DNA of 32,000 nt from NCBI RefSeq assembly GCF_000195755.1, contig NC_002937.3, positions 2,460,001 through 2,492,000 on the forward strand. Direction: 5' to 3'. The notes beneath the pieces are model-generated. The model saw only the letters and a program-made list of their open reading frames with translations, was not told where the DNA came from and ran no database searches. Origin of the DNA: Nitratidesulfovibrio vulgaris str. Hildenborough. GTDB taxonomy: Bacteria; Desulfobacterota; Desulfovibrionia; Desulfovibrionales; Desulfovibrionaceae. The position numbers and the translations under genes are program-made. Positions 16,431 to 25,109 of the stretch are shown here, one piece after another; position 1 is the stretch's first letter; each line of letters opens with the position of its first letter.

Positions 16431-19400
16431 ATGTCCATGAAACACTCCTCGATGCGTACAGGCGGGACGGCGGCCCTTGCCGCCCTTCTCTGCCTCACAG
16501 GTGGATGCCTGCGCGACAGGGCGCCATCGGCACCACCTGCACTGGTCGCCCCCGCTGAATCCACTGCCGTTCCCTATGGCTGGTATGACGGCCGGTGGCC
16601 GCATGAACGCCCGCTGCCCCCCCACGAACGCCTCCTGCCACACGACAGCGCACGCTTCGGACGGCTGGCAAACGGGTTGCGGTACGTCATCGTCCCCAAC
16701 GCCAAACCGGAAGGACGAGTGAGTCTGCATCTCGACGTACAGGCTGGGTCGCTCATGGAGACTGACGAACAACGCGGACTGGCGCACTTCGTCGAACACA
16801 TGGCCTTCAACGGGTCGCGCAATTTCGCACCCGGCACGCTCATCCCCTTTCTGCAGCACAACGGCATGGCCTTCGGGGCCGACGCCAACGCCCATACCAG
16901 CACGGCAGAGACCGTCTACAAACTCGACCTGCCTACCGCCGACACTGCGACCATCGAAAAAGGGTTGCTCATCCTGCGGGATGTGGCCGACGGGCTGCTC
17001 ATCCTGCCTGAAGAGGTCGAGAAGGAACGCGGCGTCATCCTCGCCGAGAAGCTGGCGCGGGATAACCGCAGAAGTCGCGCGGGCAAGGCCCTGCGAGACG
17101 TCCTCTATGCCGATAGCCGCTACGCCTTCGAGACCATCGGCCTCGAGGATGTCGTGCGCCATGCCCGCCCCGAGACGCTGCGCGCCTTCTACGACACATG
17201 GTACCGCCCCGAACGCATGGTGCTTGTGGCTGTGGGGGCCGTCACCCCCGCCGACCTCGCGACCATGGTCGAACGTCACTTCGCTGATGTGAAGGCGCGC
17301 ACCGGCGCACCGGTCATGCCCGCGCCCGGCAACGTCAGGCACGAAGGCGTACACGCAAGCTACGACCCGGAGACGGGAGGCGGCGTGACGGTGAGCGTCA
17401 CCGCCATGCACACGGCGCGAACCGAGGTCGACTCCATGAGCCTGCAACGCCGCAGACTGGCAGAGGCCGTCGCCACCAGCGCGTTCCAGAAGCGGTTGCT
17501 GCGCCTCGCCTCCACGCCCGGTGCGCCCGTCCTTGGCGGTCATATGGCCATGCCCGTCGGTTTCGAGATGTTCGAGACCGCCACCATCACCATGCGTGCC
17601 CGTGGCGAAGACTGGCGCAACGCGCTGACGACCGCAGAGACGGAACTGCGCCGGGCCCTCGAACACGGCTTCACGCAAGACGAGTTCGAGAACGCGCGAC
17701 GCGTGTGCGAGGGGCTTTTCACCACCATGCGCCGTGAGAAGGCCAATCGCACCAACAGCGACATCGCCGCAGAGGCCGTGGCCTGCTTCAACGCCGACAG
17801 GGTGTTCCAGTCCACAGACCAGACCTGCGACCTCTACCTGAACATGCTCTCCAGCCTCACCCGAGGCGAGGTCGAAGAGGCATTCCGCCGCCGCTGGGAC
17901 ACAGGCAACAGGATGTTGCACCTCTCCGGCATGGCAGGCGTGGAGAACGCCCCGGCGCGCCTTGTCGAGGCGTGGGCCGAGAGTACCGCACACGCTGTCG
18001 AAGCACCGCGTGACAGCGTCGCTACGGCCTTCCCCTACCTTGCCGAACCCACCCTGCCCGCGCTCGTGTTGCACGACTCCTCGCGCCAGTTGCCGGAAGG
18101 CCCGGCCCTTCGCACCGTACGCCTCGACAACGGCCTCACCCTGCACATGGCCGTCACGCCCTACGAGAAGGGACGCTTCAGCCTTTCGCTGTTCCACGGT
18201 GACGGGCTGGACGGTCTGGACGATGCGACCTACGCGGTGGCACGCGCCACCGAACGCACCCTCCGTGAAGAGGGAGTGGGACGTCTCTCGCGCGAGGCCA
18301 CACGCGACCATCTCGGCTGGAGGCATGTGAAGGTGGAGACGGACTACCGCGACGACGCCTTCACCATCAACGCCAGCGGCCCCGGTGAGGAACTCGACGC
18401 CGTCACCGCCGCCCTGTGGACGCAATACACCGACCCCACCCCCACGAAGGCAGGACGGGCGCGGGCCATAGAGGGACTTGAAGCAGGCAGGGACGAACGC
18501 GAGAACACCGTCGAAGGCGTTGCCCCTCACCGCATTCGCGCCTTCCTCTACGGCGACGCCCGCCGCACCGCACCTCTTGACGGCCGGGATGTGGCCCGTG
18601 TGCCGCTCGACGCCATGAGCGACTTCGCCCTTGCCCGCACGTCCACGCCTCCTCGCACCATCGTGGCAGTGGGAGACTTCGACCCCGAACGTCTCATCGA
18701 ACGGGTGCGCCATCTCTTCGCCATGCCAGCACCCGTGCCTGCCTCCCACGAGGCACCGCATGAGGCCATCCGCTTCCCCGCCGGGGCACGGCGCACCGTC
18801 GAAGTGGCCGACCCCGATGGCAAAGCGCACCTCGTGGTGGCGTGGCGGCATGACCTTGAGGACGAATCAGACCAGCGCGCGCTGGCCATCCGCCACCTGA
18901 CAGCATCATGGCTCAACGAAGTGCTGCGCGAAGAGGTGCGAGAGGCCATCGGCGCCTCATACTCCCCCTCCGGGCGCTATCGCCATGACCAGGAACGCGG
19001 GGGCTTCGGCACCTATGTCGCCTCGATTCGCACCGATGCGGCACTGGTCGACAAGGTACGGCGGGCCGTGCGCGAGGCGGCCCAAGGGCTGGCGAAGGGC
19101 GAAGTGCCCCCCGGCACGGCTGCGCGCCTGCGCGCACCGGTACTCAACGCCATCACCAAGGCCCGCGACTCGAACACCTACTGGCAGCGCATCATCGAAG
19201 CCGAAGTCCTGCGCGGCAGACCGGCGGCCCGCCATGCCGAAGCCTTCGCCAAGGCACTGGGCACCGTCACCGATGCCGACATCGCTGCGGAAGCACGCGC
19301 CGTCTTCGCCACAAGAAGTGCCGAACTCGCCATCACGGGCAAGGCACCTGCGACAAAGCCCGGCGGCAAACCCTCCAAGGCTGCGGTCTCCCGAAAGATA

Positions 19401-19448
19401 CCCGCCGGGACCACAACCGAAGAAACAGCCCAAGGAGTAGCCCGATGA
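16431..19448 (+). CDS. exported M16-family zinc metalloprotease, PqqL/FusC-like (double M16 unit, ~1000 aa), possible lipoprotein
   Basis: The inverted zinc motif HFVEH is at 16785-16799, with the downstream NAHTSTAETVY glutamate region. The signal peptide ends LTGGC, which is lipobox-like. The size and repeated M16 active and inactive halves match PqqL-type enzymes. Confidence 0.9.
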   Translation: MSMKHSSMRTGGTAALAALLCLTGGCLRDRAPSAPPALVAPAESTAVPYGWYDGRWPHERPLPPHERLLPHDSARFGRLANGLRYVIVPNAKPEGRVSLHLDVQAGSLMETDEQRGLAHFVEHMAFNGSRNFAPGTLIPFLQHNGMAFGADANAHTSTAETVYKLDLPTADTATIEKGLLILRDVADGLLILPEEVEKERGVILAEKLARDNRRSRAGKALRDVLYADSRYAFETIGLEDVVRHARPETLRAFYDTWYRPERMVLVAVGAVTPADLATMVERHFADVKARTGAPVMPAPGNVRHEGVHASYDPETGGGVTVSVTAMHTARTEVDSMSLQRRRLAEAVATSAFQKRLLRLASTPGAPVLGGHMAMPVGFEMFETATITMRARGEDWRNALTTAETELRRALEHGFTQDEFENARRVCEGLFTTMRREKANRTNSDIAAEAVACFNADRVFQSTDQTCDLYLNMLSSLTRGEVEEAFRRRWDTGNRMLHLSGMAGVENAPARLVEAWAESTAHAVEAPRDSVATAFPYLAEPTLPALVLHDSSRQLPEGPALRTVRLDNGLTLHMAVTPYEKGRFSLSLFHGDGLDGLDDATYAVARATERTLREEGVGRLSREATRDHLGWRHVKVETDYRDDAFTINASGPGEELDAVTAALWTQYTDPTPTKAGRARAIEGLEAGRDERENTVEGVAPHRIRAFLYGDARRTAPLDGRDVARVPLDAMSDFALARTSTPPRTIVAVGDFDPERLIERVRHLFAMPAPVPASHEAPHEAIRFPAGARRTVEVADPDGKAHLVVAWRHDLEDESDQRALAIRHLTASWLNEVLREEVREAIGASYSPSGRYRHDQERGGFGTYVASIRTDAALVDKVRRAVREAAQGLAKGEVPPGTAARLRAPVLNAITKARDSNTYWQRIIEAEVLRGRPAARHAEAFAKALGTVTDADIAAEARAVFATRSAELAITGKAPATKPGGKPSKAAVSRKIPAGTTTEETAQGVAR
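16599..16640 (+). repeat. imperfect 21-nt tandem duplication encoding PHERPLP/PHERLLP
   Basis: CCGCATGAACGCCCGCTGCCC and CCCCACGAACGCCTCCTGCCA match at 16/21, in frame, just after the M16 signal peptide. Confidence 0.7.
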
Positions 19449-20350
19449 GCGGCACGACGATGATCGAATGCCGGGGCCTGCGCCACGACTACGGCGAACG
19501 CCCCGTGCTGCACGGGCTGGACTTCACAGTGGAAGAGGGCGGGGTGTTCGGCCTTCTGGGCCGCAACGGCGCGGGAAAGAGCACCACCATCAACATCCTC
19601 ATGGGATTCCTGCGTCCCACGGGCGGACAATGCAGCGTGTTGGGTGCACCCAGCCATGCCCTGCCCCCTGCCGTCCGTGCTGACATCGGCCTGCTGCACG
19701 AGGGGTTCATCCAGTACGACTTCATGACCATCGCCGAACTCGAACGCTTCCATGCGCCGTTCTATCCCCGGTGGGACAGTGGCGTGCTGCGCGAAGTGGT
19801 GGAACGCCTCGACCTGCCCATGGGCAGACGCCTTGGCCGCATGTCATGCGGTCAGCGGGCACAGGTGGTGCTGGGACTCATCATGGCCCAGAATCCGCGC
19901 CTCATGCTGCTGGACGACTACTCCATGGGGCTGGACGTGGGCTATCGCAGGCAGTTCATCGACATGCTGCGCGCCTACGTCCGCGAACGCGGCACCACCG
20001 TACTGCTCACCTCCCATGTTGTGCAGGAACTCGACCGCCTCGTGGACAGGATGGTCGTGCTGCAACGGGGCAGGGTCGCAGCCGACTGCACCAGAGCCCT
20101 GTTCATGGAGACCTACCGCCGCTACCGGCTGCCACTCTCCGAAGCCGTCCTGCGCCTTGTCCCCGACGGCATCATCCTCGACACCGACGACGATGCGGAA
20201 GGCGTGACGCTCTTCGCCGCAGCCGCCCCGGAGAGGATGCGCTCACATCTCGCATCGCTGGGCATCGCCTGCGATGCACTCACCGACGTGGCCCTCACCT
20301 TCGAGGACGCCTTCGTAGCCCTCACCACGGCCCGCCGTCTGCCCGCATGA
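19445..20350 (+). CDS. ABC transporter ATP-binding protein (ABC-2 type) with atypical Walker B
   Basis: The product has Walker A GRNGAGKST, signature MSCGQRAQV, Walker B LMLLDDYS (Asp where the catalytic Glu is expected) and H-loop LTSH. The ATGA overlaps the M16 stop, with AAGGAG 7 nt upstream. Confidence 0.9.
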   Translation: MSGTTMIECRGLRHDYGERPVLHGLDFTVEEGGVFGLLGRNGAGKSTTINILMGFLRPTGGQCSVLGAPSHALPPAVRADIGLLHEGFIQYDFMTIAELERFHAPFYPRWDSGVLREVVERLDLPMGRRLGRMSCGQRAQVVLGLIMAQNPRLMLLDDYSMGLDVGYRRQFIDMLRAYVRERGTTVLLTSHVVQELDRLVDRMVVLQRGRVAADCTRALFMETYRRYRLPLSEAVLRLVPDGIILDTDDDAEGVTLFAAAAPERMRSHLASLGIACDALTDVALTFEDAFVALTTARRLPA

Positions 20351-20367
20351 CAAGGAGAAAGCCCCCC

Positions 20368-21036
20368 ATGCTGCGCGCACTTCTCTACAAGGAATGGATC
20401 AAACTCCGCTACGCGGGATGGCTGGCCCCTGCCGCCATCCTTCTCGGACTGGGCGATGCGTGGCTCAAACTGCGCGGCGTCCGCAACAACCACGGCCCTG
20501 TCGACCTCTGGAACATGCTGCTCTTCAAACAGACCATCTTCTTCGAGACCCTGCTACTGACTCTGCCCCTCGCGGGCGTATGGCTTGCCGCCGTACAGTA
20601 TCGCCCCGAATGCGCGGGCAGACGCCTGCGCCTCGCCCTGCACCTGCCCGTGCCCCATCGCACGGCCCTCTACGCCCCGGCGGCGGTGGGCCTTGCGCTG
20701 CTCACGCTGGCGGGCGGGCTGGCACTGGGCGGTTTCGCCCTCATCCTCTGCGTTTACGGAATGCCCGCCGAACTTGCCGCGCCCATCGTCCGCACGGCAC
20801 TGCCCGCGTTGCTGGCGGGGCATGTGGCCTACTTCGCCACCGCCGCCGCACTGGCTGACACCCGCATGATTCGCCGTTGCGTCATCGGCTGCGCCGGTCT
20901 CGCCTACGCACTGCTGTTGCTGAAGACCTACGGCTACGACGCCATGACGGGCAGCCTCGGCTGGTACGCGCTGGCGTCCCTGCCATGGATTCTGCCGCTG
21001 GAGGCCGCCGCGCTGCGCCTCAAGGAGGGAGCATGA
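20368..21036 (+). CDS. polytopic membrane protein, ABC-2-type permease-like
   Basis: The ATG at 20368 is preceded by AAGGAG. An alternative in-frame ATG at 20347 overlaps the ATPase stop. The N-terminus LRALLYKEWIKLR is typical of ABC-2 permeases. There are about 6 hydrophobic segments and GC3-rich codons. Confidence 0.7.
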   Translation: MLRALLYKEWIKLRYAGWLAPAAILLGLGDAWLKLRGVRNNHGPVDLWNMLLFKQTIFFETLLLTLPLAGVWLAAVQYRPECAGRRLRLALHLPVPHRTALYAPAAVGLALLTLAGGLALGGFALILCVYGMPAELAAPIVRTALPALLAGHVAYFATAAALADTRMIRRCVIGCAGLAYALLLLKTYGYDAMTGSLGWYALASLPWILPLEAAALRLKEGA

Positions 21037-22397
21037 CACTCTCACCCGCCCGCCTCGCCTGCGCGGTGGTCACCGCCATGTCGCTTTTCTGGTTCATCCC
21101 CGATGTGTACCGCCGTGCCACCAACCCCGAAAAAGTCAGGGCCACCGCCTACTACAGCGCGGTGGAAGAACGCTTCATGGTGCGCACCGACACCTTCACG
21201 GGCGCAGGCTATGCCGACGAGTCCGGCAACCCGCTGGAAGCCCCGGCCTTCAAGGAACGGCTGCCTTTCCTGTATTTTGCCGAACTTGAGAAGCAGGGTC
21301 GCTTTCCCGCCACCGTTGCCGGAGTGCCCGTGACGGCGCAGGATGCGCGCAACGCCCTGCAGACGGTGCAACTCTCGCCGCGCATGTGGAACCTGCCGAA
21401 GATGCCGCTCAATGTGCTGCTGGACGCAGCCCCCGCCGGGGCGCACCTCTCGCTGCCGCCCGACATCTTCCGCATCACGGGTACCGGACTCGACTTCATC
21501 CGCTGCGCCGACGGCAGCCTCGACACCGCCAAGACCGCCAGATTCGCCGAAGCCCTGCGCACAGCGGACGTGCGCTTCCCGTTGCGCGGCCTCGGGTCGA
21601 ACCCCAACCCGCTCAAGCCCTTCGACGAAGGCTGCCTGCTGGTGGACGCCGAAGGCCGCGTGTTCAGACTCGCCATGCACAAGGGCGAACCCCGGTGCAG
21701 GGCAACGGGCCTCGCCATCGACGGCGAAGTGAAGGCCATCACCGTCGAGGAACACCCCCGCCGCGCCTTCGTGGGCACCATCGTCACCGGCGATGCCGTA
21801 CACCTCGTCACCTACGACGACACGCTGGTGAGGCTGCCGCTGGAAGGCTTCGACGCGGCAGGCAGTTACGCCGTGCTGCGTAGCGACCCGCTCAATGTCA
21901 CCCTCGCCTCCGCCGACCTGCGCGACCGTCTCACGCAGCCCACGCGCTACATCGCCACAGACGCACAGTACAACCCGGTGCACACCTTCGACCTGTACTT
22001 CCCCGCTGAGGCCAGAAGCCGCATCGAAGCCGCGCAGATTGCCGGGTCGGAGCTTTCTCCGCTGGCCTTGCGACAATTCGCCCCTGAAGAAGGTCGTGTG
22101 CTCTTCCGCATGGAACCCGCCGCATCGCTGCCTCTCGCCGCACTGGGCTGCGCACTATCGGTCGCCCTCCTCGTGCTGGTGCGCAGGCGCACTCGCACAG
22201 GTCTGCACTGGGGCGAGACACTCTTCGTCGCCGCGACGGGACTGCCGGGCCTTGCCGGGGTGCTGGTCTTCGGCCCGCTGGCGACCCCGAGTGAAAGCCT
22301 CACCCTTGGCAAGAACACGCCCACTGACGATGGACCCGAGAGACTGAACGGGTTCAAGAAGACGGGCTGCGCCTCCTGCTGTAGCGGCAACAAATGA
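21033..22397 (+). CDS. membrane protein of unknown family with a large extracytoplasmic domain and a Cys-rich C-terminal tail
   Basis: I trimmed ORF 20877..22397 to the ATG at 21033, which forms an ATGA overlap and follows AAGGAGGGAGC. The 454-aa product has one N-terminal TM and a ~370-aa soluble region. Two C-terminal TMs are separated by RRRTRT, and the tail ends GCASCCSGNK. Confidence 0.7.
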   Translation: MTLSPARLACAVVTAMSLFWFIPDVYRRATNPEKVRATAYYSAVEERFMVRTDTFTGAGYADESGNPLEAPAFKERLPFLYFAELEKQGRFPATVAGVPVTAQDARNALQTVQLSPRMWNLPKMPLNVLLDAAPAGAHLSLPPDIFRITGTGLDFIRCADGSLDTAKTARFAEALRTADVRFPLRGLGSNPNPLKPFDEGCLLVDAEGRVFRLAMHKGEPRCRATGLAIDGEVKAITVEEHPRRAFVGTIVTGDAVHLVTYDDTLVRLPLEGFDAAGSYAVLRSDPLNVTLASADLRDRLTQPTRYIATDAQYNPVHTFDLYFPAEARSRIEAAQIAGSELSPLALRQFAPEEGRVLFRMEPAASLPLAALGCALSVALLVLVRRRTRTGLHWGETLFVAATGLPGLAGVLVFGPLATPSESLTLGKNTPTDDGPERLNGFKKTGCASCCSGNK

Positions 22398-22429
22398 GAA
22401 TGAAATCCCATATCGTGAGGAGGCATCGA

Positions 22430-25057
22430 ATGAGACACATGGCAACACTGGCGCTCTGCGCCCTGCTCGCCATGCCGGAAGGGGCAGTCGCCGCCCCGAC
22501 CACCATGCCCGCAACGCCCGCACAGGCGGAGTCGGCTGGCAAGGCTGCGAAGACCCCATCGGCCAACACCACCAAGCCCGGAGCGGCCAACGCCACACTG
22601 CCCGCGCCCGCAACTGCGCCCGCGTCCGGCCCGGCGACTGGCCCGGCGACTGGCCCAGCAACCGGCACGTCGTCCACATCGGCGTCGGAGGTCTACAGAC
22701 TCGACCCGTTGCGCGTCTCGGGCGAGACGCAGCAGATGGGCAAGACCGTCATCGACGGCGAAAAACTCAACAGCCTGCCCTCACCGGGCCGCACCATCAA
22801 CGACGCACTCCGCACCCGTTCGGACGTGCAGTTCGATGAAGGCGCGTACTCATCGACCCAAGGGGGCGAGATACGCCCGCCGCGCGTCTCCATCGCAGGC
22901 AGCCGCCCGTATGAGAACAGCTACGTCATCGGCGGCATCTCCACCTCCAACCGCATCGACGCCTCGGGCGAAGACAGAAGCACGGCCGACGGCGTGGCAC
23001 CCACGGGCGAAGCCCAGTCGTTCTATATCGACACCGACCTGCTGGATGGTGTCACCCTCTTCAACAACAACATCCCCGCCGAATACGGCGGCTTCACGGG
23101 CGGCATGGTCAAGGCCGACATCCGCGACCCGCGCATGGACGGGGTGCATGGCTTTCTCAAGTATCGCCACACCCGCGACAACTGGGCGCACATCACCGCC
23201 CCCGACATGCCAAGCGGGACGACACAGGTCGACAAGCAGGACCGATTCCAGCGGCACGACGGTTCCGTAGCCGCGGAAGGGCCGCTGACTGAACGACTCG
23301 GGGTCATCCTCAACTACAGCGTGAAGCACTCCGTCATCCCCATGGAGACGGCGTGGGGTTCGCCCAAGGACCAGTACCGTACCAACGAGAACTTCATCAG
23401 CAAGCTGGCGTTCATGGATGACGGGCCGTTCAAGGGGTCGTTCACCCTGGGCTACGCGCCCTACCAGCGCGAGATGTACATCTCGAGCAGACTCGACAGC
23501 GACTTCTCCGTGGACGGAGGCGGCTTCTTCACCGCCCTTGACGGGACCTACGACTTCGGCCCCGTGGCGTGGAAGAACACGCTGGGCTTCTCGCGTAGCG
23601 AACTGTCACGCTACGGAACCGGTGATGTGGCAAGCACATGGCTGCGCTACAAGACCATCGGTGGGTCGCGCTTCGATAGTGCCTATGCCACGTGGGGCAA
23701 AGGCACCTCCGCCATGGAAGGCTCCATGGGCGACTATGAACAGTCGCAGGACGATGTGTCATGGAAGAGCATCCTCGACTTCGACCCGGTCCACACGGGC
23801 GTCCTCTCGCACGTGTTCCAGACGGGCATCGAGGTGCAGCATACCGACGCCTCGACCGACTCAACTGGCTATACCGCCTACTACAACCCCTCCATCCCCA
23901 ACAGTCAGGCCGACCGCGACAAGATACCCGCCGGGCCGGGCAACGTCGCAGGGGAACAGTTCGCGCAGAACAAGACGGTGGAGGATGCCTACAGCCGCTC
24001 GGCCTCCATGAACAGCTACGCATGGTTCGGGCAGGACACCATCGAAATAGGCCGCCTGACGCTGCGGCCCGGTCTGCGCGTCTCGCATGACGACCTGACC
24101 GGGAACATCGACCCGGCGTGGCGTTTCATGGCCGACCTCGACGTCTTCGATGACGACGTGGTGCACCTCATCGGCGGTGCCAACCGCTACTACGGTTCGC
24201 AGATGCTCGCCTACGCCCTGCGCAAGGACAGCGGTCTTGCCAGATACAAGCGCAGCTTCACCGGGGGCAACCTTGGCGACTGGGTCTACGACAAGACCAC
24301 CGGCGGCAAGAACTACGACCTCGACGAACTCGACACCCCCTATTCCGACGAACTCATGGCGGGCGTCACCCTCAAGGCGTTCGACACCCGCTTCGGGATG
24401 CGCGCCGAATCGCGCAAGCACCGCGACCAGTTGCGCACGACTCTCGACACCAATGGCGCTACCACGCTGAACAACAGCGGCAAGACGGACTACTGGGGCG
24501 TGACATGGACGGTGGAACGCGACTTCAACACCGAACACATGGGCGACCACACCGTTGAACTCGGCATCACCCGTTCCAACACCAAGAGCGACGGCACCGA
24601 CTTCGACAGTTCGTTCCTCAACGGCGACACGGGGTCGGTCATCGAGTGGGAGAAGGTCTACTTCGAAGGTTCCCTCGTACCGCGCAGCAACCTGCCCGCC
24701 TCCAACTACAACCGTCCGTGGGTGGGCACCCTCACCCACACCGCCCGGTTCATGGATGACGACGCACTGCGATGGTTCAACGTGCTTCGCTACAAGGGGC
24801 CGGGCACCGACCTCGTGCGTACGGGCACCTTCACCGACACCGACGGACTTCGCTACGACGCCTACGAAGCGCGCACGTTCAGCGACAGCGTCACCGTCGA
24901 CACCGCCGTGGAATGGGACGCCCTGCGTCATGAGGACCACGTGCTCACCCTCACCATGGAGGTGAGCAACCTCTTCGACCAGAAGAGCAACGTCGATTCG
25001 TCCACTGGCTATGTCATGGGCCGGCAATACTACGCCGGATTCAAATACACCTTCTGA
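22430..25057 (+). CDS. TonB-dependent outer membrane receptor
   Basis: The ATG at 22430 is preceded by GAGGAGG. An alternative ATG at 22394 overlaps the upstream stop. The product has a signal peptide, then a Pro/Ala/Thr linker, then a TonB-box-like YRLDPLRVSG. Plug motifs include NDALRTRSDV and YVIGGIS. A long beta-barrel ends YYAGFKYTF. Confidence 0.88.
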   Translation: MRHMATLALCALLAMPEGAVAAPTTMPATPAQAESAGKAAKTPSANTTKPGAANATLPAPATAPASGPATGPATGPATGTSSTSASEVYRLDPLRVSGETQQMGKTVIDGEKLNSLPSPGRTINDALRTRSDVQFDEGAYSSTQGGEIRPPRVSIAGSRPYENSYVIGGISTSNRIDASGEDRSTADGVAPTGEAQSFYIDTDLLDGVTLFNNNIPAEYGGFTGGMVKADIRDPRMDGVHGFLKYRHTRDNWAHITAPDMPSGTTQVDKQDRFQRHDGSVAAEGPLTERLGVILNYSVKHSVIPMETAWGSPKDQYRTNENFISKLAFMDDGPFKGSFTLGYAPYQREMYISSRLDSDFSVDGGGFFTALDGTYDFGPVAWKNTLGFSRSELSRYGTGDVASTWLRYKTIGGSRFDSAYATWGKGTSAMEGSMGDYEQSQDDVSWKSILDFDPVHTGVLSHVFQTGIEVQHTDASTDSTGYTAYYNPSIPNSQADRDKIPAGPGNVAGEQFAQNKTVEDAYSRSASMNSYAWFGQDTIEIGRLTLRPGLRVSHDDLTGNIDPAWRFMADLDVFDDDVVHLIGGANRYYGSQMLAYALRKDSGLARYKRSFTGGNLGDWVYDKTTGGKNYDLDELDTPYSDELMAGVTLKAFDTRFGMRAESRKHRDQLRTTLDTNGATTLNNSGKTDYWGVTWTVERDFNTEHMGDHTVELGITRSNTKSDGTDFDSSFLNGDTGSVIEWEKVYFEGSLVPRSNLPASNYNRPWVGTLTHTARFMDDDALRWFNVLRYKGPGTDLVRTGTFTDTDGLRYDAYEARTFSDSVTVDTAVEWDALRHEDHVLTLTMEVSNLFDQKSNVDSSTGYVMGRQYYAGFKYTF
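22628..22663 (+). repeat. 12-nt tandem repeat x3 encoding (GPAT)3
   Basis: The repeat reads GGCCCGGCGACT, GGCCCGGCGACT, GGCCCAGCAACC. It lies inside the receptor N-terminal linker. Confidence 0.85.
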
Positions 25058-25068
25058 TGTTTACAGCC

Positions 25069-25094
25069 GTGCCGCGCCCGAAAGGGCGCGGCAC
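25069..25094 (+). promoter_or_regulatory. intercistronic stem-loop with a GAAA tetraloop and no U-tract
   Basis: GTGCCGCGCCC-GAAA-GGGCGCGGCAC forms a perfect 11-bp stem. It lies in the 52-nt gap between the receptor stop and the SBP start. Confidence 0.7.
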
Positions 25095-25109
25095 CCCGGA
25101 GACTGCCTC

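Noticed and set aside
16218-18851. An 877-aa minus-strand ORF.
   Set aside because: It is antisense to the M16 protease gene. The product is Gly/Arg/Ala/His-rich with no recognisable domain, while the plus frame carries HFVEH and a signal peptide.
23861-25027. A 388-aa minus-strand ORF. Other long off-frame ORFs fall in the same class (98-937+, 3666-4343+, 4954-5814+, 12068-12964+, 21042-22076-, 25496-26632+, 28086-29015+, 28932-30101-, 30924-31688-).
   Set aside because: All of them overlap well-supported genes on the opposite strand or in another frame. They translate to Arg/Gly/Ala/His/Pro-rich sequences without motifs, which are GC-content artefacts.
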